This document shows, in pieces, positions 1 to 8,595 of a stretch of DNA of 37,111 bases. The translations under genes and the position numbers were made by a program. Below the pieces are notes generated by a model, which saw only the letters and a program-made list of their open reading frames with translations, made no database searches and had not been told where the DNA came from. Each line of letters begins with the position of its first letter. Position 1 is the first letter of the stretch. This DNA is from Deltaproteobacteria bacterium (lineage in GTDB: Bacteria > Desulfobacterota > Desulfobacteria > Desulfobacterales > ETH-SRB1), in contig JAIVWD010000005.1 in the NCBI GenBank assembly GCA_049190315.1, positions 1 through 37,111 on the forward strand. Reading direction: 5' to 3'.

Positions 1-130
1 CATCCGAAACTCCTGCCATGATATCCCTGACGAAAATGTTGTCTTCCGCAAGCTCATCATAACCATGGTCGGATATTATAACCTCCTTACCTTCAATCAG
101 TCTCAGAATTCTCTCGAATGTCTCATTCAT
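1..130 (-). CDS. DUF4258-like small protein (putative toxin-like), 5' part only; runs off the window edge
   Basis: Manual translation from ATG at 130: [43 protein letters not shown]..., resembling the DUF4258 N-terminus (ISxHxxDExxED). Not in the ORF track because it is truncated. Confidence 0.6.
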   Translation of the reverse strand, partial: MNETFERILRLIEGKEVIISDHGYDELAEDNIFVRDIMAGVSD

Positions 131-143
131 ATTTTATATAAAT

Positions 144-1207
144 GGGGGTATGCACTTGACTCCTACCACTACAACATGTTGTGGTGGTGCTAAAATGGCA
201 CATCGTGCAGTTCAATGACATTTTCAGTGCATGTTTCTTTCTGTGTTGCCTTACCGACAACGATTTCCTCATACGATACAGGATCGGCAAGAAGCGACTG
301 CTGAAGTAAGCGATAAAATAGTTTGCCTCGGGATTCCGAACTTCGTCTGTTGAAGCGGAATGTAAATTCATCAAGGTAATAGTTGAGATGAGTAGAACGT
401 ACTGCCCCCTGATAAGTACCCAACAACCAACGCTTTAGAAGTGAAATAGTGAGATGAGCAATTTTTAAATCCATGGAACCGACAACGATATGTTCATACC
501 CCTTAGCAGAAATCGACTGATAAGCGCTCCAACCATCAGTACGGATACGACTGCCTGTGTGAACGTGTGTGCTTATAAACTCATTAAGACTTTTAGCTGA
601 TGCATTGGATATATGCTGAAGACGAATCCTGCCGATTCCCTTACCTGTTGCGGACGTCTCACTCTTATCCTCTACAGCTACCGCCACCAGAGCTTTATTC
701 TCAGCACAGCGCCCCCGTTTGCCGGAACGTTCACCTCCAATGTAGGTTTCATCAATTTCAACTGTCCCGGAAAGGTTGTCACGCCCCTGCCTTACCATAG
801 CATGTCTCAATTTATGCAACCACTTCCAGGCCGTATGATAACTTCCCAGTCCCAAAATTCTTTGCAGACCCAATGCATTGGCTCCGTATTTCTGATTTGT
901 AATATGCCACATTGCCTCAAACCAAAGGCGCAGAGGTTTTTTCGTATCGTGAAAAAAAGTGCCGGCAGTCACAGATGTCTGACGATAGCATTTTCGACAT
1001 TCATACAGCCCCCGTGTGGTTCGACGCTTTTCCTTATTACCGCATATAGGGCATTCAAATCCGTTCGGCCAGCGCAAGGTCGCGAGATAGTCAATACACG
1101 ACTCTTCTGTCGAAAAGCGATCTATGAATTCAGTAAGGTTTTTGGGGAAATCCTCCATAATACCACATACTACATATTGTGGTATCGGGAGTCAAGTGCA
1201 TACCCCC
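144..1207 (-). mobile_element. IS1595-family insertion sequence
   Basis: Perfect 20-bp terminal inverted repeats GGGGGTATGCACTTGACTCC (144-163) / GGAGTCAAGTGCATACCCCC (1188-1207) enclosing one transposase; no target-site duplication visible. Confidence 0.92.
190..1158 (-). CDS. IS1595-family DDE transposase
   Basis: N-terminal RWPNGFECPICG...CRKC zinc ribbon; catalytic motifs VEIDETY, RTDGW and YLDEFTFRFNRR. Confidence 0.95.
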   Translation of the reverse strand: MEDFPKNLTEFIDRFSTEESCIDYLATLRWPNGFECPICGNKEKRRTTRGLYECRKCYRQTSVTAGTFFHDTKKPLRLWFEAMWHITNQKYGANALGLQRILGLGSYHTAWKWLHKLRHAMVRQGRDNLSGTVEIDETYIGGERSGKRGRCAENKALVAVAVEDKSETSATGKGIGRIRLQHISNASAKSLNEFISTHVHTGSRIRTDGWSAYQSISAKGYEHIVVGSMDLKIAHLTISLLKRWLLGTYQGAVRSTHLNYYLDEFTFRFNRRSSESRGKLFYRLLQQSLLADPVSYEEIVVGKATQKETCTENVIELHDVPF

Positions 1208-1861
1208 ATATTTACTAATAACCGGTATTCTCGGAGCATTATCAAGTTCTTCACCTGATCTTTTTCTTTTAAGCAATTCATCTATTTTGATTCGTAGTTC
1301 CTTGTCATCAACCGTTTTTCTCAGCAGAATCTCAAATTCCATCGGCACAGGGCAATTATATCTTTCGATCCACCGGCAGGCTAATATAGGCCGTAATACA
1401 TAGAAATATTTCTTGATCCAGATCTCTTCACCTTTTAGATAGTCCCGGAAATTACCCTTTGCCATATGAAGATAATGGTAATAGCAATTTCCTGGCGAAT
1501 AATATTTTGGCAAAAGATCTTTAATCAATTTGGTATAGTTATCTATTTTATATACAATTGGTGATTGGAGCCATTCCAATAATGGTGGATTTGATTTGCG
1601 TAATAATTTTAATGTTTTCTGTAAATCCCAACCATTAATATCAAAAACTCCATCAGCAGGCTTTTCTATTACATCTCTTCGATCTTCTATGCTCAGATAC
1701 CAATTAAGATCGTGGAAATAAATAAACCTTACATCATAATCACTATCTTGTGATTCAAATCCCCATGCTCTACTGCCTGATTCGCATGCATATATGATTT
1801 TAACATTATATTCCTTCTCAATGATTGAGAGTTTTTTAGTTATTTTTTCTTTCATATTCAT
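1208..1861 (-). pseudogene. RlaP/YcgL-type nucleotidyltransferase (Pol beta superfamily), 3' end replaced by IS1595
   Basis: ACESGSRAWGFESQDSDYDVRF signature, KSNPPLLEWLQSP, KKYFYVLRP. After ...RIPVISKY the frame enters the IS terminal repeat (GGMHLTP...) and stops at 1130. Confidence 0.8.
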
Positions 1862-2281
1862 CGAATGTCCGGGCCAACAGGCTGGCTTTTGTGCACAGAC
1901 AAACTCACAGCGGGTTGAGATAATTTCAGCATGCGTTCATCCAATTGTTCTCCGGCAAGTCATTATACTGCGACAGGCGTGAGGGTAAAAACACTTAATA
2001 CACCAATTCCCCCTTTAATACAACAAAATCGAATTATCTTTAAAAAAATTATACGGTTATAGCGAAAATCTGCAAAATTTTAATACCATCTCAGATCACA
2101 ACCTGAAAACTTGTCTATTATTATACAGAATACAGCTATGACCTTCTTCGCAGGAATGACGAACTGTAAACCCTCCACAGATGATTTGTTTCATAAGGCT
2201 AAAATGTTACCTTCTTATAAGTTGTATTTTGTTAATTGTTATCATATAAAAAAATTAAATATAAAACCCTATTGGAACAAA

Positions 2282-2378
2282 ATTGAATATTGTCGATTGA
2301 ATATTGAATATTTGAGGAATCGCTTCGCTCTGTTTTTTTAAAAATTGACAGAATTCCTTCAATATTCAATCTGCAATA
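2282..2378. repeat. Inverted heptamer (ATTGAAT) array element with internal GGAAT and GCTTCGC cores
   Basis: Left arm ATTGAAT-ATTGTCG-ATTGAAT-ATTGAAT; right arm TTCAATATTCAATCTGCAATA is a ~21-bp inverted copy with 2 mismatches. Confidence 0.75.
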
Positions 2379-2392
2379 TAAAAGACTCATCA

Positions 2393-2427
2393 CCGCCCGT
2401 CTCGCAAGCGAGAGCGTTGCGGGCAGG
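2393..2427. repeat. Small GC-rich palindromic (REP-like) unit
   Basis: GCCCG-TCTCGC-AA-GCGAGA-GCGTTG-CGGGC hairpin in an AT-rich intergenic region. Confidence 0.55.
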
Positions 2428-2512
2428 CTAATGCAACTGACGACGGACAACTGGTTTAAACCCGAAACGCAGTTTATAACCATGCAAAGTATATGTTTGG
2501 AAGGTGGTTACT

Positions 2513-4156
2513 ATGAAATTTATAAATAAGATTATATTTTTCGTTTTATTGTCTTTGATTGTTTGTATTAATCCTCAGATAGTATGGGCATCAAAAATTA
2601 TTCAGTCAAGAATTGATGCTGTTACTGTATATCCGGATCGTGCCATGATTACGAGAACGGCTGATGTTGATTTAGTTAAGGGTAACCAGGAACTAATAAT
2701 TGATAATCTGCCTGCATATATAATTGATGATTCTGTTAGAGTTATGGGGCAGGGAAGTGTTAAGGCAAAAATAAGTGGAGTAAAGGTAAAAAGGATCTTT
2801 TTACAGGAGCACCAGCAGAAGAAGATAGAGGAATTGCGCAGAGAATTAGAAAAACTTAATGATGGAAAAAAGCAATTAGAAGATACTCTGGAAAGCCTGA
2901 ATACCCAGAAGGAGTTTATTGAATCAATCAAGATCAGCTCTTCAGATAAAATATCGAAAGAGCTTTATATTCAAAAAGCTGATACAAAAAACTGGGATAA
3001 AGTTTTAGATTTTATATATCAAAGACTTGGCAGGATAAATGAGCAGACAATTTTATTTGAGCAGAAAAAACGCGGTCTTCTCAAAGAAATTAAGGCCATA
3101 GAGGCTGAGCTGAATAGATATAGAAGCAAAAGATTGCCTGAAAAAAAGCTTGTAGAAATTGCCATCGAGGCTGCTGCTAAAGGTAGAATGACTTTAGAAA
3201 TTAATTATCTTATCCCTGGTGCCAGGTGGATTCCTGCTTATGATGTCAGAGTTGATTCGGAGAGTTCCGCTATTTGCTTAAATTATTATGGAATAATTAC
3301 ACAGAAAACAGGAGAAGACTGGAAGGATGTTAAACTGTCGCTGTCAACTGCCAAGCCACACATCTCAGGACTTTTGCCTGAATTAGATCCCTGGTATATT
3401 GATTTTCAACGGCCTGTTTTCAAGCAAGCCGGGAAAAGAGCGATGGCTGATACGGTTATGCAGGAAGCCTATAAGCTATCTTCACCTCAAGAGGAATTAA
3501 AACAGGAAACAGCATATGCTGAATCAAGAGGCACATCTGTTACGTTTAATATCAAAAAAAGAGAGACAATACCCGGAAAAGGCGAACCTTTTAAGACAAC
3601 AATTACCCAGGAAGAGCTCCAGGCAAAATTGAGCTATATATGTACGCCAAAGCTGTATGAATTTGCCTTTTTGAAGGCAGAGGTAGTTAATGCAACAGCA
3701 TATCCATTTCTGCAAGGAGAAGTCAGTATATTTTTAGGGGAAGATTATGTCGGCAAATCCAGAATTGAGACTATTCCCCTGAATAAAAGTTTTGATTTGC
3801 ATCTCGGGGTGGATGAGCGGATACATGTTGAAAGAAGGTTAATAAGAGAAGATACTGATAAGTCTTTTATTGGAAAAAAAGCAGTCCATAAATTTATGTA
3901 CAGGATTACTTTAGAGAATCTTATGAAAGAGGAGAAGACAATTATTGTTCATGATCAGGTTCCAGTCCCAAAGCATGGGGATATTCAGGTTAAACTGGTA
4001 AAATCCGTTCCCGCTCCTGTTTATAGAGAAGATATTCAAGATGGAAGCCCCGGTCTTCTCGAATGGAAACTCAACCTTTCTCCACAAAAGACTGAAACAA
4101 TCGAATTTGAATTTTCTGTTTCCTTTCCCAAGGATAAGAGAATAAGTCTATATTAG
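2513..4156 (+). CDS. DUF4140/DUF4139 (MuiA-like) exported protein
   Basis: Signal peptide, IDAVTVYPDRAMITR, coiled coil, ARWIPAYD, ITQKTGEDWKDVKLSLSTA. ATG at 2513 follows GGAAGGTGG (track start is GTG at 2504). Confidence 0.88.
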   Translation: MKFINKIIFFVLLSLIVCINPQIVWASKIIQSRIDAVTVYPDRAMITRTADVDLVKGNQELIIDNLPAYIIDDSVRVMGQGSVKAKISGVKVKRIFLQEHQQKKIEELRRELEKLNDGKKQLEDTLESLNTQKEFIESIKISSSDKISKELYIQKADTKNWDKVLDFIYQRLGRINEQTILFEQKKRGLLKEIKAIEAELNRYRSKRLPEKKLVEIAIEAAAKGRMTLEINYLIPGARWIPAYDVRVDSESSAICLNYYGIITQKTGEDWKDVKLSLSTAKPHISGLLPELDPWYIDFQRPVFKQAGKRAMADTVMQEAYKLSSPQEELKQETAYAESRGTSVTFNIKKRETIPGKGEPFKTTITQEELQAKLSYICTPKLYEFAFLKAEVVNATAYPFLQGEVSIFLGEDYVGKSRIETIPLNKSFDLHLGVDERIHVERRLIREDTDKSFIGKKAVHKFMYRITLENLMKEEKTIIVHDQVPVPKHGDIQVKLVKSVPAPVYREDIQDGSPGLLEWKLNLSPQKTETIEFEFSVSFPKDKRISLY

Positions 4157-4169
4157 TGGCAGGTATTTC

Positions 4170-4751
4170 CTATTTTGGGGAATAGTCCCCTTTTTTTAAA
4201 GCAGTAATAAGTTCTTGTCTGGACCGCACAGGCTCGTTGAAAAGTGTGATAACTTTCCCCAGTTCTTCAAGGCTATGTGCATCGCTTCCACCAACCTCAT
4301 GGATAGAGTAGATACTTCTCCATTTGTTCAGAAGTGCATTCTCGCTATTGCTGTTTCTCCCATTACGGCTTTCAACTATTCTGCACATTCCGTCAGCAAT
4401 CAGGTATTCCTGAGTTGGACGACTATGACGGAATGGATGCGCTGCTATAGCGACACCTCCAATTGAATCAACCCAGCGAAGAACTTCTGTTGCAGAAAGG
4501 TCGGGCAATACTTTATCAAATGGCCCGAATAAAAGAAAATCGCCATCTGAAGTGAAATATTCTACTCCAAAAATTATACAGAGCCCATTAGGCTGCATAC
4601 CTTCCTGTAGAAGATTTTGAACCTCAATGGTGTTGTGATCAGTGATGCATACACCATCAAGCCCACATGCCTGTGAGTAATTAATTATTTCATCAAGAGT
4701 CAGTTTACTGCATGGAGAAATAGTTGAATGAATATGTATATCAATTTTCAT
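4170..4751 (-). CDS. PHP-domain phosphoesterase
   Basis: DIHIHS, ITDHN, GVE, AAHPFR and GGSDAH metal-binding motifs. Confidence 0.9.
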   Translation of the reverse strand: MKIDIHIHSTISPCSKLTLDEIINYSQACGLDGVCITDHNTIEVQNLLQEGMQPNGLCIIFGVEYFTSDGDFLLFGPFDKVLPDLSATEVLRWVDSIGGVAIAAHPFRHSRPTQEYLIADGMCRIVESRNGRNSNSENALLNKWRSIYSIHEVGGSDAHSLEELGKVITLFNEPVRSRQELITALKKGDYSPK

Positions 4752-4767
4752 AATTTTAATTAATCGG

Positions 4768-5103
4768 TTTAAACCATTACCTCTGGTAGTGGTACCATAA
4801 AAAGGTTTTACCGTTACAGTAATTATTTAAGAGTGCCTAAAGTGCACTAAAGTGCCTAAAATGCCTAAAGTTAAGGAATCCTGCCATTTTATAACTGCCT
4901 GTCGGCAGGTGGGTTACTCTATGCTCTCAATGCGCTGGCAAGAGAGTGATTGCAAATCCTTGTGGCTTTGTTTATCAATCAGCACGCCGAAGGCGTACCA
5001 CAACTTTAGGCACTTTAGCTCACTTTAGGCACTTAGTGGTCTGTCAGGGTACCTTTGAGGGCTAATATAAACAAGCCACCTCCTCTGGGGTGGTAATTTG
5101 ACT
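4768..5103. mobile_element. Putative non-autonomous IS200/IS605-type element (paired subterminal hairpins, no transposase)
   Basis: Two similar hairpins with TCT loops in direct orientation: ACCATTACC-TCT-GGTAGTGGT (4773-4793) and GCCACCTCC-TCT-GGGGTGGT (5075-5094). The minus strand reads GTCAAATTACCACCCCAGAGGAGGTGGCTTG, like IS200/IS605 ends. Confidence 0.5.
4832..5035. repeat. ~200-bp element with inverted nonamer (AAAGTGCCT) tandem arms, copy 1
   Basis: AGTGCCTAAAGTGCACTAAAGTGCCTAAAATGCCTAAAG...CTTTAGGCACTTTAGCTCACTTTAGGCACT; an inverted second copy lies at 35532-35737. Confidence 0.85.
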
Positions 5104-5170
5104 ATGCTGTTTAAGCATGTTGAAGTCAAACAGGATTTATCTATACAAACCTTGTAGATTATCGTTAATG

Positions 5171-5370
5171 CCTAAGTTGAGCGATTTTTTGCGAAGAAAT
5201 GTGGTGCAGATCGAGTAAAAAATCGCTCGACTTAGGTAATATCAATGGACAATAAGTTCTTTTTAAACTATAATTATAATAGTCGTTTTGCCTCTAAGGC
5301 CCAAAGTCTCAAAGCAAGGGCGGCATCAGGATCTCGGCACATTTCTTCGCAAAAAAATCGCTCAACTTAG
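5171..5370. mobile_element. MITE-like element with ~40-bp terminal inverted repeats plus an internal third arm
   Basis: CTAAGTTGAGCGATTTTTTGCGAAGAAATGTG (from 5172) versus CACATTTCTTCGCAAAAAAATCGCTCAACTTAG (5338-5370); extra inverted arm AAAAAATCGCTCGACTTAGG (5217-5236). Confidence 0.7.
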
Positions 5371-5391
5371 CTTTTATAAGGAGTTTCTTTT

Positions 5392-6720
5392 ATGCCTTCA
5401 CATTGTATTTTGATACTCCTTGACGGTCTTGGTGATAGATCATTTTCATGTCTGGGATATAAGACCCCTCTTCAGGCAGCACACACACCACACTTAGATA
5501 CCCTGGCAAGCATAGGCGCAAATGGCCTTTTTCATGCCGATAGACCAGGCATTGCTCTGCCCAGTGAAAATGCTCATTTCTCTCTTTTCGGCTACGAACT
5601 CGATGAGTTCCCAGGCCGGGGTGCTCTGGAGGCTTTGGGTGCAGGCGTTGAAATATCTGTTGATGATGTTGCTGTTTTGGCTCACCTGGCAAGCGTTAAA
5701 GTTAAAGACAACACGCTTATACTTCAAAAAAGCCGACCAGATGCAAGTTCTGATGTGATATCAGCTTTGATTCAGGATATTTCTCACTATGAATATGAAG
5801 AAATCAAGTTTTGCTTTAAACATACCAGCGGTCTTAATGGAATACTGATCTTAAAAGGAACGGTTTCTCCTTATTTTACGGATTCCGATCCTGTTTTGGA
5901 GGGCAATTGTCTTATTGAAATTCAGCCGTTGCAGGATTTTGAAAAAGATCTTACTGCAATAAAAACAGCCAGGGCACTTAAAAAATATCTAATATGGTGC
6001 CATAAGAAACTGAGCGGAAATCAGGCGAACAGTATTAAAAATTCGAGAGGCGCTGTTCCGATTAATGCTCTGGTTACACAGCGTCCAGGGCGATTAAAGA
6101 CTGTGCAGTCATTTAAAAATCGCTGGGGATTGAAGGGACTTTCTATTTCATCCGGTCTTATATATTGGGGACTAAGTGCTTTTCTCGGGATCGATGTAAT
6201 GAAGGCGCGTGAAACAGATAATATCGAAGGTGACTTTACAGAGAGACTTAAGCTGGCCATGGAAAGTAAAAACAAGTATGATTTTATTCATGTACATACT
6301 AAAGCACCTGACGTGGCAGCTCACACAAAAAATCCTTATGCTAAAATTGCCGCCATTGAAGCGCTTGACCGTGGGCTTGGCAAAATTATTGACTCTTTGC
6401 TTAATGACAAAGAATCTCTGATAATCATTACTTCTGATCATTCTACTCCGAGTTCCGGAAAACTAATTCATTCAGGAGAACCGGTGCCGTTGTTAATTGT
6501 GGGTGAAGGGGTTCGCCGTGACTCTATAAAGTCATTTGATGAGGTTAACTGCGCCGGTGGGTCATTGGGGTTTGTACACGGCAAAGAATTTATGTATCTT
6601 GTATTAAACTATCTTGATCGTGCAAAACTTAAAGGTTTGATGGACACGCCTGTTGATCAGGCATTCTGGCCGGGCAAAACCAAACCTTTTCGGTTAGAGA
6701 ATCAGAATCAAAAATGCTAA
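5392..6720 (+). CDS. apgM: ApgM-like cofactor-independent phosphoglycerate mutase (alkaline phosphatase superfamily)
   Basis: LILLDGLGD, KTPLQAAHTPHLD, PSENAH, GRGALEALG, HTKAPDVAAH, TSDHSTP, HSGEPVP; AAGGAG ribosome-binding site upstream. Confidence 0.8.
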   Translation: MPSHCILILLDGLGDRSFSCLGYKTPLQAAHTPHLDTLASIGANGLFHADRPGIALPSENAHFSLFGYELDEFPGRGALEALGAGVEISVDDVAVLAHLASVKVKDNTLILQKSRPDASSDVISALIQDISHYEYEEIKFCFKHTSGLNGILILKGTVSPYFTDSDPVLEGNCLIEIQPLQDFEKDLTAIKTARALKKYLIWCHKKLSGNQANSIKNSRGAVPINALVTQRPGRLKTVQSFKNRWGLKGLSISSGLIYWGLSAFLGIDVMKARETDNIEGDFTERLKLAMESKNKYDFIHVHTKAPDVAAHTKNPYAKIAAIEALDRGLGKIIDSLLNDKESLIIITSDHSTPSSGKLIHSGEPVPLLIVGEGVRRDSIKSFDEVNCAGGSLGFVHGKEFMYLVLNYLDRAKLKGLMDTPVDQAFWPGKTKPFRLENQNQKC

Positions 6721-7268
6721 AAACAGGAGTCATACACGGTCGTTTCCAAATATTGCACAATGACCATATGAAGTATTTAATGGCCGGCAAGTCTTGTTGT
6801 CAAAACCTTGTTGTCGGCATAACAAACCCCGATCCAACGCTTACCTGCGATGATAAAACTGCTCCGGGAAGAAACAATCCATCAGCCAATCCAATGTCAT
6901 ATTATGAAAGATATATCATAATAAAAACCACTCTTTTAGAATATGGCTTTGGCATCCAGGAGTTTTCAGTTGTTCCACTGCCGATCAACCTCCCTGATTT
7001 GTATAAGTATTATGTTCCATTGGATGCCACTTTTTTTTTGACCATATATGATGAGTGGGGAGAAAAAAAATTAAGCGTGTTTGAATCCATGAACCTGAAA
7101 ACCAAAATACTTTGGCGCAGACCTTTAAGTAAAAAAGGGTTATCAGGGACTCAGATACGTCAATATATTATTTCAGGACAGCCCTGGGAACACCTGGTGC
7201 CACATACATCAGCTCGAATAATGAAGGAGATGGGTATCATAGAACGTATTAAGAAGTTTGTGCTGTAA
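6714..7268 (+). CDS. NadM-like cytidylyltransferase/NMN adenylyltransferase family protein
   Basis: GVIHGRFQILHNDH (HxGH-like), VVGITN, NPMSYYER, SGTQIR, WEHLVP; overlaps the upstream gene by 7 bp. Confidence 0.8.
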   Translation: MLKTGVIHGRFQILHNDHMKYLMAGKSCCQNLVVGITNPDPTLTCDDKTAPGRNNPSANPMSYYERYIIIKTTLLEYGFGIQEFSVVPLPINLPDLYKYYVPLDATFFLTIYDEWGEKKLSVFESMNLKTKILWRRPLSKKGLSGTQIRQYIISGQPWEHLVPHTSARIMKEMGIIERIKKFVL

Positions 7269-7288
7269 AAAAGATATAACTAAATTGA

Positions 7289-8593
7289 GTGATTTTTATG
7301 AATTTCATAGCTATAATTATTCTGGCCGCAATCGTTGTTGACTTTGTATTGAGTGGACTGGCTGATATACTGAATCTAAAGGGTTTAAAGACCGAACTCC
7401 CGGAATCGTTCAAGGGTTATTATGACGCAGACAGTTATCGCAAGTCTCAGGAATATCTGCGTGTTAATACAAAATTCGGATGGATTACATCTTCCTTTAA
7501 TATGTTATTAATCCTGATATTCTGGTTCGGGAAAGGCTTTCCAGTATTAGATCAATGGGTACGATCCTGGAATTTTGGATATATCATGACAGGCCTGTTA
7601 TACATAGGCTTATTGCTTTTATTTAAAGCAATTTTATCATTGCCTTTCAGCATTTATTCTACATTTGTTATTGAAGAGCGTTTTGGGTTTAATAAGACTA
7701 AATGGTCCACATTTATAATGGACCTAATAAAAGGATTTTTGTTATCGGTCCTGCTCGGCGCACCTCTTCTGGCAGGCATACTTGCTTTTTTTGAATATGC
7801 CGGGGCAAATGCCTGGCTGTATTGCTGGATAGCAGTAACAATATTTATGCTTGTTATTCAATTTATTGCACCAACATGGATTATGCCTCTTTTTAACAAA
7901 TTCAATCCTCTTGAAGATGGAGACCTGAAAAATGCTATCATGTCATATGCGCGTTCTATAAAATTCTCCCTTGAAAATGTTTTTGTAATGGATGGCTCTA
8001 AACGTTCTGCCAAGTCAAATGCTTTTTTCACAGGTTTTGGCAAGCACAAGCGGATTGTTTTGTTTGATACATTAATTAAACACCATACTGTGAATGAGCT
8101 GGTGTCAGTGCTTGCACATGAAATGGGGCATTTTAAGAAAAAGCATATACTACAGACAATGATTATCAGCATTGTTCAACTGGGAATAATGTTTTTTTTG
8201 TTGTCTGTTTTTGTCTCCTATCAGGGTCTTTTTGATGCTTTTTACATGGAACAAAAATCCGTTTATGCAGGATTGATTTTTTTCAGCATGCTGTATTCGC
8301 CCATTGAATTTTTTACAGGAATTTTAATGCAAATGCTTTCCCGTAAAAATGAATATGAGGCAGATAGATTTGCTGTGGAAACCACTCAAGATCCCCAATC
8401 CATGGCAGATGCATTGAAAAAACTTTCGGTTAACAATCTTTCAAACCTTATCCCGCATCCGTTTTATGTTTTTTTAAACTATTCTCATCCGCCGGTTTTG
8501 GAAAGAATTAAAGAAATTATGACTGCAGGGATCGGGGATCAGGGATCGGGGATCAGGGAGCAGTTGAAGGCTGAAGGTGGTGGAAGGAGTTAA
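7289..8593 (+). CDS. M48 family (Ste24-like) membrane metallopeptidase
   Basis: Multiple TM helices, DGSKRSAKSNAFFTG, HEMGH zinc motif, NEYEADRFA, YSHPPVLER. Confidence 0.93.
   Translation: MIFMNFIAIIILAAIVVDFVLSGLADILNLKGLKTELPESFKGYYDADSYRKSQEYLRVNTKFGWITSSFNMLLILIFWFGKGFPVLDQWVRSWNFGYIMTGLLYIGLLLLFKAILSLPFSIYSTFVIEERFGFNKTKWSTFIMDLIKGFLLSVLLGAPLLAGILAFFEYAGANAWLYCWIAVTIFMLVIQFIAPTWIMPLFNKFNPLEDGDLKNAIMSYARSIKFSLENVFVMDGSKRSAKSNAFFTGFGKHKRIVLFDTLIKHHTVNELVSVLAHEMGHFKKKHILQTMIISIVQLGIMFFLLSVFVSYQGLFDAFYMEQKSVYAGLIFFSMLYSPIEFFTGILMQMLSRKNEYEADRFAVETTQDPQSMADALKKLSVNNLSNLIPHPFYVFLNYSHPPVLERIKEIMTAGIGDQGSGIREQLKAEGGGRS
8526..8577 (+). repeat. Heptamer tandem repeat (TCRGGGA then GCTGAAG-type) within the M48 3' end
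   Basis: CAGGGA TCGGGGA TCAGGGA TCGGGGA TCAGGGA GCAG..TGAAGGC TGAAGG, translated as GIGDQGSGIREQLKAEG. Confidence 0.75.
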
Positions 8594-8595
8594 TT

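Noticed and set aside
1130-1207. Last 25 aa of ORF 1130..1861 as a genuine protein tail
   Set aside because: It is read-through into the IS terminal repeat.
123-1403. ORFs 123..374, 600..800, 613..1218 and 1179..1403
   Set aside because: Alternate-frame or antisense shadows of the transposase and nucleotidyltransferase; no recognisable motifs.
2111-2483. ORFs 2111..2341 and 2232..2483
   Set aside because: Translations of heptamer and palindrome repeats (IEYCRLNIEY; SNIQYSIDNIQ), not real genes.
4170-4751. PHP protein as the CpsB-type phosphatase of the EPS locus
   Set aside because: It is far from the BY kinase gene, looks like a generic short PHP, and the kinase has no Tyr cluster to dephosphorylate.
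4832-5035. CRISPR array suggested by the periodic AAAGTGCCT repeats (also 35532-35737)
   Set aside because: Units are 9-10 bp, contiguous and inverted, with no unique 30-40-bp spacers and no cas genes in the window.
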